Assembly (NCBI GenBank): GCA_019828565.1
Contig: JAHDYR010000021.1
Span: forward strand, 154,982-218,981
Direction: 5' to 3'
Length of the DNA stretch: 64,000 nt
From: Carpediemonas membranifera BICM
Lineage: Eukaryota; Protista; Fornicata
A program made the translations under genes and the position numbers. Under the pieces are notes generated by a model. The model saw only the letters and a list, made by a program, of their open reading frames with translations. It ran no database searches and had not been told where the DNA came from. Below, piece after piece: positions 48,837 to 58,300 of this stretch (the stretch's first letter is position 1; the number at the start of each line of letters is the position of its first letter).

Positions 48837-48948
48837 AAACACACAGTGATCCAAGCAGCATCAGGATCGCAGTGTGGTTCATCATACTCTATCAATCGTG
48901 CGGTGCATATCACGCGCGCTGCAGCGCGTGCTTGCTCAACTTAGCAAG
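48805..48948 (-). ncRNA. Putative Fanzor omegaRNA scaffold
   Basis: Directly after the stop, on the minus strand: CTTGCT-AAGTTG-AGCAAG hairpin, CACGCGC-TGCA-GCGCGCGTG hairpin, CACAC..GATCC..GGATC..GTGTG hairpin; this is the expected position for a TnpB/Fanzor omegaRNA. Confidence 0.55.
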
Positions 48949-50880
48949 TTAATGGTAGCGAGGAAGAGCACCTCTCTGGGAGTCGTAGTGGAAAGGAGAT
49001 TGCTCTATCTGATCTGAAGTTGCATCGTAGGTGCACCAAAGGATGTTCTCGCTGGCGCTCTTATTTCGGTGAGAGAGATTGAGAAGTATGTCTCTCTGCT
49101 CGGGATGCCGACGTAGCCGTTCAACGCGCCATGGAGCTCCCTCGCACGCGGGATTCTGGCAGAGCATGGTGCGGTGTGTGTGCACCACACGTCTGAAGTG
49201 TGCTTTGCAGTATGGGCACACGATGGAAGTGCGGAATTCCGAGACCATCGTGACACTCACGACGACGTTGTGCCGGAACATGATGCCAGGGAGAGCTCGA
49301 GCATAGTGGCGGTACGGAGCACAGGAGGGAGTGCCGGCGGAACCGAACAGTGCAGCCCCATACGCGACTTCGAGGTGAATGGGCTCCGGGGGGCGCCCGC
49401 CGAGATCATCCAGGAGTTGACGTCCAGCCCGGGCGAAGTGCTTCAGGCGCAGACAGTGATTGGCAAAAGTCTCACGGTGGAAACACTTTCTCGTCCCCTC
49501 GTTGATGATCTGAACGATGTTCTCATGGACAAACCTAATCGACTGTTTGAGAGCCTCTAGACTTGTCGTTTTGAACGATGCTGCGCTCATATTCACGCGG
49601 AAAGAGGGGGTGGCAGTGTAGCCACACTTAGCGAGTACGCCAGATACACTCTGCCCGTCTGGGCGGCGGATCGTGTAGCCGCCCAGCGACCGAGCACCAG
49701 GGTCGAAGCCCATGCGAGCTTGAATGTCCGGGGCAGGAGTAGCCTCGGCGTCATCCTGACCGAGCCGAGCCCGCTTGTTGCTGCTACCCTTTTTGTACGT
49801 GGGCCGGTCAGCCACCCGACCGCCACGGTATTTCTCGCGACCCACCCAAACCGTCACAGCAACAGAGACCCCGTCTGTCTTTACAGAGAGCACTCTGCGG
49901 AGCTTGGTGATGTCACCGTGATCACGCTCGTATCTATCAACCTGCTCAGTGGTCTAGTTCTTAGTTGCTGACCAATTCACGTGCACACGGAGGCGCCTCT
50001 TCATCGCTGGGGTGAGCGCTGTTACTCCGCGCTCGATGGTCATGAACCCAGGCCTGACCGGTGCCATCGGCACGAACGGGACGAGCTTCGGCTCTGGCAG
50101 GGCCTGACTGAGCTCGAGGTTCACGGCACGAGTGAGTGTGACCAAGCTGGTCACTGCAGCACTCATGCGCGTGACGCACGACAGCACGCCGACGAGGGCC
50201 TCGGCCACGGTACCAGTGCGACCCACCCGCTGCTCCTCGGGCAATGCATGCATTTGACGATGATGCATGCCATGATCGGCGGCTATGGCGGCAACCTCAG
50301 TGTCGAGCTCGCCTAGGGTGTCGAGAAAATCCTGTCGAACACCTGGCTGATCATGGAGGAGCGGACGCACCCGTTCTAATCCAGCACGAAGACGGGTCAG
50401 GTACCCGGGTGACGCGCGCGAGAGCCAGACCCGGGTGGCTGTGGAGTACTCATCCAACCAGCTCTGAAATGGAAATGCAATTCCAACGTAGGCTTCCCTG
50501 AAGTCCCGGACGAGCGGGGTTATGTCAGGGTCCCTCCACATCGCCAGGTCGCCAATCCACCTGCACCGATCCGCTGCCTTTGCCTTCGACACCTTTTGCT
50601 GAGCAATGACGATCTGCTTGAGGACCTCCTCGTCGAACAGGTTGACCGTCCTCGGTGGGGTCAACGCGTGCGCAGATGCAGAGACGCACGCAAGCAGGCA
50701 AGTGAATGTGTACTTAGCCTGCGTGAAAAGAACGTGAAAAGAACGCATGCCGGGTTCAAGATTTCCTCGCCGCGGCGCGTTGTTATCGCCTCCACCGTTA
50801 ATCTCGCCAATGGCCTTGTTAACGGAAGCCTTCACCGTGTATATCTTGGAAGGCATCGGAGTATATTGAGCTGCCTGCAT
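48949..50880 (-). pseudogene. Fanzor (Fanzor1-like) RNA-guided RuvC nuclease B, ~643 codons, interrupted by one in-frame TAG at 49954-49956
   Basis: ORFs 49954-50880 and 48949-49893 are in one frame, joined by ATKN*TTEQVDRYERDHGDITKLRRV; KTDGVSVAV, RuvC-I GFDPG, Gly at the canonical RuvC-II position (VAYG) with Glu 40 aa later (VSEFRTS), CPYC..CQNPAC, RuvC-III HRNKSASENI. Confidence 0.9.
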
Positions 50881-51213
50881 CGGTCATTTCTTTTCAGGGT
50901 TCATCAGCTAGCAGCATCCCTCAAAACACAAGAAACCAGCATCATGCAGCACAAAGCGTCTTTACTACTAGTTACAACCGCTTTCCACCACTAGTGTCTC
51001 TCACAACAGACGAAGATGACGAAGACGACGACATGAGCTTCAGACGCCGGCAATGGACGACAGATGAGCGCGTAACAGACGAGCACAGATGCGAAAGAAG
51101 ACAGCAGCGTTCGACACAGACGATGGACGACGCATCTTTTCGTGCAGACCGACGACTGAAAGCACGAAAGCCCGATTGTATAGTCGAGGGCTGAAGTGGG
51201 TGAGTGGAGGTAC

Positions 51214-51245
51214 TGTGCCGCGCATGATTAGAATTGTTTAGTCCA
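51214..51245. repeat. Direct repeat, upstream end of Fanzor B
   Basis: tgtgccgcgcatgattagaattgtttagtcca. Confidence 0.9.
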
Positions 51246-51469
51246 GTTAGTTAGCTACACCGACTGTACGCTAACCTGCGTTTTGAGGATTTTGGTAAAA
51301 TATGGCCAGCACCTCGAAAGGCATGGATCCAGAGGTTAAGAACCACGTAATTGACGACATCAACTGCACGATCACGTTTGGCTGCTTCCTCGACCCGTCA
51401 AGTCTCCTCACTTCCCTATACAGCTGCCAAGCAGAGCCATATGCCGGGATTTATAATTATTAAAACAAT

Positions 51470-52249
51470 CTAAGGGTGCGAGAGGCAGTCCGGACTAATA
51501 AAGTCCTTGCCGTTGGTGACGAACACCATCAGAGCGTACGTCGAGGCGTAGGTCCCGATGACGGGGATGCACTTGACCAGGGGGTTGACTAAGCGAAGCC
51601 AGACGAGGAACAGGATGATCACTAGCTGGACAACGAAGCAGCAGCACTGGCATGACCGGATGTACCGCTCCCGACGACTCATCTCTTTCACCATCTTCAC
51701 CCCCCGCTTGCGTTTGCTGTTGATGCCCGAGACCTTGTTGTTCGTGTCGGTCATCACGTCGTTCTGGCGCCGGACCTCGGCAAGGATGCCTGTGCCGACC
51801 TGCTTGGCGTCCTGGGCCATGCGGAGCGTGTTGTCCAGTGATTCGTCGGCTGCTTCAAGGTCGTTCTGGTTCTTGAGGAGCTGGTTGCGCTGCTTCTTGG
51901 ACTTATCCTGAAGCTCAGCCATCTTCTTGCCGTGCTTCATCTCGTATTGCATATCACGGAAGCGCCTCTTCAGTTGGCGGAGGAGGTTTCGCTTCTCACG
52001 AGTCTCGGCGATGCGCTTGGAGCGCTCTAGGGCTGGTAGCTGTCTATTCTCAGCGTCTATTACATTGATTACACGTTCTGTGTCTTCAAAGAGTTGGTTA
52101 ATGGTCTTAGACTTCTTCCTGTGTCAAGAGAACGTCCTGGGATGAACAAACCGTGCTTTTGAAGCCGACGACTGGCCAAAGTCGTCAAGAGCGCGTGTTA
52201 GCTGTCCAAGTAAAGATATAAGTCGCTTTTCGGTGTTGTTATCAGACAT
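51470..52249 (-). CDS. Q-SNARE (Qb; NPSN/Vti1-like) with C-terminal TM; intron near 52119-52155
   Basis: SLDNTLRMAQDAKQVGTGILAEVRRQND SNARE motif, Cys-rich TM; helical upstream exon starting MSDNNTEKRL. Confidence 0.8.
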
Positions 52250-52654
52250 GCACGGCCGAAATCCGATGGAAGATCCTCGTGCGTCAATGTTCGCTCGCGA
52301 ATTACGCGTACGAATTATATGCCATGTAAATCATTGGTTTTAGCCAACAGAGTGGCCTGAGAGGACTTCCAGTTCTAGTGATTCAAAAGCCATATTTTGA
52401 ACTGCAACACGCGCCGGAAAAGCGACTGCGGCTATCGCTCGGATCGGTTGCGCGCACTCGATTTTGGCGCCACGGCTTCTGACTAGGCCCCTGCTGTGTC
52501 TGGCTTGCCGCGTGGTCCAAGGATGTGGGAGCCGTAGCCGTGATAAACCTCTGTATGAGCTTGGGGTGTGTGCCGTGTCCCAGGCCGAGCAGGTGTAACC
52601 ACCGCCCCTCTTCTTGCCCAAGCCCGCGCCACTCGACTCCCTCCGCTAAAATAT

Positions 52655-54263
52655 TTACTGGGCCTGCACGTAGGCCAGCCACCCTTCAATACTCGACGCC
52701 AAGCCACCTTCAATCACCCGCCGAGCCCCCCGCATCAACTCAACCACCCCAGACTGCTGCCGGGCCTCAGCAGCAACAGGCTCGGATAGAACTGTGAACG
52801 CCACCTCAACAGCACGCTCAACACACTCAGCATCGGTTGTACGCCGAAGCATGTCAGCACAGACTGGTGCAATGGCGGATAGAGCTGCAGTTATTGCCTC
52901 AACCGTGGCCTGGTCGCGGGGGGAGTCGTTGTACGGATCAATCCATGTGTACAAAAGCTGAGCACTGCACGCGATACCACCGAACCCGAGCTGGACGGTC
53001 TCAGGTGCAGATAAGAGCCTCTGACTCGTCGTCACTAGGCCGAGCAGGCTTTGGACACTGGCCTGTGCTCTATACACAGTCACTGCCTCGCCACCGACAG
53101 CCCTGAGTAGGGTCTGGAGGACCTCACCGATGGCACCGGCCTGGGATCGGTGGAAGTAGTCGTCAGGGGAGGATGCATGGGAAAGCACGGCCTGCTCGAG
53201 CATGCCGCATGTCTGCTGGAGCGGCGGGGTCAGCTCGGCCATTGAACTGTCCGCCACACCCGCGAGGACGGCGGCGAGTGCGGGTGCAAGTGCCACGAGC
53301 TGGCAGTGGAGGGGATAGGCCGCGTGGCCCTCGGGGTCGGGGGCGGTAGTGCCCATGATGCCGACCAGGGACAGTATGCGGGAGACTACGACCGGGTGGG
53401 TGATAAACGGGGTGAACCGGGGGGTCTGGGCGGCCTGGGCGATGAACGAGAGCACGCGGTGGAGCACAGAGTCGAATGACTCGTACTCTAACTCCATGAC
53501 CGCCCATAGAGTGTCAGAAGACCCAAGGTCGATGACAAGGCAGGTCGACTCGACCGAGGGCGAGGCGTGGGCCTCAGCGACAGCCATGATGGCCTGAGCA
53601 ACACGGTCAGTGGGGTTCTCCATCGCGTTGGTGCGGATAGCCTGGGTGAGTTCCTCTGGGACAGGCTGTATCATTGCTGCGGCGGAGCTGAGTGTTCCCA
53701 GGGCGCCCAAGGCTGCGGGGACCGAGGCGGCGACCCTATCAAGGCCGGCGACCATGTCCGGAGTCAGCAGCATTAGAACGGCGTCTGGTGCATGCACAGC
53801 AAGGAGCTCTACCGTCTCTGCAACGATAGCGGCGAGTGCGGTGTCCGCTTCCGGTCCAGTAAGCGAGGACGCGGCGTGCAGGAGCACAGCGGACACGTTG
53901 TTCGCATGAAGCAGCTTGGCGGTGGATTCATTCTCCGCAAGTGTCTGAATAGCGTCGAAGGCGGCGATGGAGACAGGGCCGGTGGAACGGGCAAGGCAGA
54001 AGAGCTGGGGGAGGAGGTTGTGGGAGGAGTCGGGGCACAGAGTTCTTGTGGCAGCGTCGGAGTTGGCAATAGCGGAAATAAGCGCGCATGCCTGTTCCTG
54101 CTGGTTCTCATCGCCAAGCATTGTCTTCAAGCCAGCATTTGAAGTAAAAGTATCCTCTTCTTCGGACACACGGCTAAGTAAGAAACCAGGAAAGAGATCC
54201 AAGGACGTACGCTTGCACTGGAGCATCCCTACGGTTCGTACGGGTGCGGTTGCCCTTTCCCAT
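52655..54263 (-). CDS. ARM/HEAT-repeat helical protein (possibly HEATR3/Syo1-like); short first exon MGKGNRTR
   Basis: Long Ala/Leu-rich helical ORF; basic N-terminal exon followed by a gt..ag intron. Confidence 0.55.
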
Positions 54264-54420
54264 GAGACTTCGTTGTGGCTTTGTGTAATTCGCATACTTT
54301 CGCACCGCCATGATCTCCACAACAGCCGCGAGTTACATCAATCCTACCCTCATACAGCATCTGCCACATATTTACAGTAAATATAACCGCAATATAAACA
54401 ACCCAGACCACCAACCATGG

Positions 54421-55242
54421 CTACTGATCGCCACAGCACATGGCCTGCTCGACGCGGCTCATAAAGTTTTCAGAGGCATTTTCAGCATGGAGTGATGCAA
54501 TTCCCATGCTCATGCGTCTCTCGTGAATAGGGAACACATCACCAGGAGACCCAATAGTGGAGAGAATGTCCGACTCGAGGTAGTCATCGCCACACTCCGA
54601 CAGGGCGCCCCAGCCCGAGATCATGCTCATATTCGATTCAGTCACAGCCATGGCTGAGAACGGGTCCACTGGGGAGAGGGCGAAGTCCATGTCCGGGACC
54701 GAAGCGAGGTGTGCCATGTGGGAGGGGGGGTCTGGCATGGAGCTCGCGAATAGGGTGGGGTGGATGAACGGCTCGGGGACGTTCAAGACCGGCTCATCGG
54801 CAGGGGGCTTGAATTCGACTATCTCGCCGGCGCCTGGGCCGTATAGCATGGCGATACCGCTGTTGCCGTCGTCCGGGATCTCAGTGGGCTTTCCGACAGC
54901 AACTGGGAGGTCGACGTTCTTCGTCATACTAAGTGAACTGCGGCGGCCACGACCACGTGAGATGCTAGCGTATTTCACGCGGTCACTAGCGTTGCTTCCT
55001 CGGCGACCACCTCGACCTCCTCCTCTACCGCGCCCACGGCCCTTCAGCTTGCTGCGCTTGCGTGCAGACTGTGACTTAGGTGTGTATGTGCCATCGAACT
55101 CGTCATCCTCCTCTTCCTCGATCGCGAGCTCATTGATGAAGTCTGCGACGCTCTCCGAAAGAATCTCCTTCGTTCTATGCCTCTTAGGCCTTTGTATAGA
55201 ATCAATGCTTGACTGGGCATCTAATGGAACAGGCTCTGTCAT
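54421..55242 (-). CDS. Hypothetical protein with acidic tract and RG/RGG-rich basic segment
   Basis: 273-aa ORF with EEEEDDE and KGRGRGRGGGRGGRRG. Confidence 0.6.
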   Translation of the reverse strand: MTEPVPLDAQSSIDSIQRPKRHRTKEILSESVADFINELAIEEEEDDEFDGTYTPKSQSARKRSKLKGRGRGRGGGRGGRRGSNASDRVKYASISRGRGRRSSLSMTKNVDLPVAVGKPTEIPDDGNSGIAMLYGPGAGEIVEFKPPADEPVLNVPEPFIHPTLFASSMPDPPSHMAHLASVPDMDFALSPVDPFSAMAVTESNMSMISGWGALSECGDDYLESDILSTIGSPGDVFPIHERRMSMGIASLHAENASENFMSRVEQAMCCGDQ

Positions 55243-55323
55243 GGCTGCCTATGGATATATCGACTTTCCCAATTTGGCCTTAAAAATGCACATTTTTGAA
55301 CCTTTCAAAAATGGAACGTGAAC

Positions 55324-58300
55324 ATCGCGGGACTGTCAGTCAAGCAAATTCAGCTTTGAGCATACGCGCTGCTGGCTCGGTGCAAGCAGCTCGAAGTTGC
55401 AGCGCGTAGAGTCGACACCAGTCGCACTTCTGTTCGCGCCCCTCCCGCGGAGCTGTCGCCAGTCGCGTACACTGTGTAATACATCTCATTAGTGCGTCTG
55501 ATGACGCCAGTGAATTGGCTGTAGCGACTCGACTCGACGCGTGGTTGTGCGTGTGTCTCACCCAGGTCTGCCCCCCGCACCATGCCGACACGCAACCGCC
55601 ACTGCTCTCGCTGTGCAGCCCACAGACACTGCCCAGTGTGTGCTGAAGGGGCAGCCAGCGGACCTCGGCTCAGTCCGCCAAGCGGCTGGTCGTGCGGGAG
55701 TTGCGAAATGGGGTCGACCCCCAATCTGCGAGCTGGATGCAGCCAGACGACGCGCTCCTGGAATCGGCAGGGCGCATTACACCCTGCGTATTCCGGTAGC
55801 GCGCGGTTCTGCCGCGCCCAGATCGTCCCAGTCGGACCCGCCCAGATGGGGTCGACCTCAGATGTCGACACCAGACTCACGCGTCCAATCGCGGGACGGT
55901 CAGCCATGTTTACTTAGCTCTGTGCAATGAATACGCGCTGCTGCTGGCTCGGTGCAAGCAGCTCGAAGTGGCAGCGCGTAGAGTCGACACCAGTCGCACT
56001 TCTGTTCGCGCCCCTCCCGCGGAGCTGTCGCCAGTCGCGTACACTGTGCAATACATCTCATTAGTGCGTCTGATGACGCCAGTGAATTGGCTGTAGCGAC
56101 TCGACTCGACGCGTGGTTGTGCGTGTGTCTCACCCAGGTCTGCCCCCCGCACCATGCCGACACGCAACCGCCACTGCTCTCGCTGTGCAGCCCACAGACA
56201 CTGTCCAGCGTGTGCTGAAGGGGCAGCCAGCGGACCTCGGCTCAGTCCGCCAAGCGGCTGGTCGTGCGGGAGTTGCGAAATGGGGTCGACCCCCAATCTG
56301 CGAGCTGGATGCAGCCAGACGACGCGCTCCTGGAATCGGCAGGGCGCATTACACCCTGCGTATTCCGGTAGCGCGCGGTTCTGCCGCGCCCAGATCGTCC
56401 CAGTCGGACCCGCCCAGATGGGGTCGACCTCAGATGTCGACACCAGACTCACGCGTCCAATCGCGGGACGGTCAGCCATGTTTACTTAGCTCTGTGCAAT
56501 GAATACGCGCTGCTGCTGGCTCGGTGCAAGCAGCTCGAAGTGGCAGCGCGTAGAGTCGACACCAGTCGCACTTCTGTTCGCGCCCCTCCCGCGGAGCTGT
56601 CGCCAGTCGCGTACACTGTGCAATACATCTCATTAGTGCGTCTGATGACGCCAGTGAATTGGCTGTAGCGACTCGACTCGACGCGTGGTTGTGCGTGTGT
56701 CTCACCCAGGTCTGCCCCCCGCACCATGCCGACACGCAACCGCCACTGCTCTCGCTGTGCAGCCCACAGACACTGCCCAGTGTGTGCTGAAGGGGCAGCC
56801 AGCGGACCTCGGCTCAGTCCGCCAAGCGGCTGGTCGTGCGGGAGTTGCGAAATGGGGTCGACCCCCAATCTGCGAGCTGGATGCAGCCAGACGACGCGCT
56901 CCTGGAATCGGCAGGGCGCATTACACCCTGCGTATTCCGGTAGCGCGCGGTTCTGCCGCGCCCAGATCGTCCCAGTCGGACCCGCCCAGATGGGGTCGAC
57001 CTCAGATGTCGACACCAGACTCACGCGTCCAATCGCGGGACGGTCAGCCATGTTTACTTAGCTCTGTGCAATGAATACGCGCTGCTGCTGGCTCGGTGCA
57101 AGCAGCTCGAAGTGGCAGCGCGTAGAGTCGACACCAGTCGCACTTCTGTTCGCGCCCCTCCCGCGGAGCTGTCGCCAGTCGCGTACACTGTGCAATACAT
57201 CTCATTAGTGCGTCTGATGACGCCAGTGAATTGGCTGTAGCGACTCGACTCGACGCGTGGTTGTGCGTGTGTCTCACCCAGGTCTGCCCCCCGCACCATG
57301 CCGACACGCAACCGCCACTGCTCTCGCTGTGCAGCCCACAGACACTGCCCAGTGTGTGCTGAAGGGGCAGCCAGCGGACCTCGGCTCAGTCCGCCAAGCG
57401 GCTGGTCGTGCGGGAGTTGCGAAATGGGGTCGACCCCCAATCTGCGAGCTGGATGCAGCCAGACGACGCGCTCCTGGAATCGGCAGGGCGCATTACACCC
57501 TGCGTATTCCGGTAGCGCGCGGTTCTGCCGCGCCCAGATCGTCCCAGTCGGACCCGCCCAGATGGGGTCGACCTCAGATGTCGACACCAGACTCACGCGT
57601 CCAATCGCGGGACGGTCAGCCATGTTTACTTAGCTCTGTGCAATGAATACGCGCTGCTGCTGGCTCGGTGCAAGCAGCTCGAAGTGGCAGCGCGTAGAGT
57701 CGACACCAGTCGCACTTCTGTTCGCGCCCCTCCCGCGGAGCTGTCGCCAGTCGCGTACACTGTGCAATACATCTCATTAGTGCGTCTGATGACGCCAGTG
57801 AATTGGCTGTAGCGACTCGACTCGACGCGTGGTTGTGCGTGTGTCTCACCCAGGTCTGCCCCCCGCACCATGCCGACACGCAACCGCCACTGCTCTCGCT
57901 GTGCAGCCCACAGACACTGTCCAGCGTGTGCTGAAGGGGCAGCCAGCGGACCTCGGCTCAGTCCGCCAAGCGGCTGGTCGTGCGGGAGTTGCGAAATGGG
58001 GTCGACCCCCAATCTGCGAGCTGGATGCAGCCAGACGACGCGCTCCTGGAATCGGCAGGGCGCATTACACCCTGCGTATTCCGGTAGCGCGCGGTTCTGC
58101 CGCGCCCAGATCGTCCCAGTCGGACCCGCCCAGATGGGGTCGACCTCAGATGTCGACACCAGACTCACGCGTCCAATCGCGGGACGGTCAGCCATGTTTA
58201 CCCAGCTCTGTGCAATGAATACGCGCTGCTGCTGGCTCGGTGCAAGCAGCTCGAAGTGGCAGCGCGTAGAGTCGACACCAGTCGCACTTCTGTTCGCGCC

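Larger units (their letters stand above)
48805..51245 (-). mobile_element. Fanzor element B (2.44 kb, no transposase), bounded by 32-bp direct repeats
   Basis: 48805-48836 vs 51214-51245 are 29/32 identical; encloses a Fanzor ORF and a structured 3' region. Confidence 0.8.

Noticed and set aside
49954-49956. TAG read as Gln (hexamitid-type genetic code) to make Fanzor B intact
   Set aside because: Host genes here end in TAA/TAG and lack internal TAR codons; the site aligns to Leu in the paralogue
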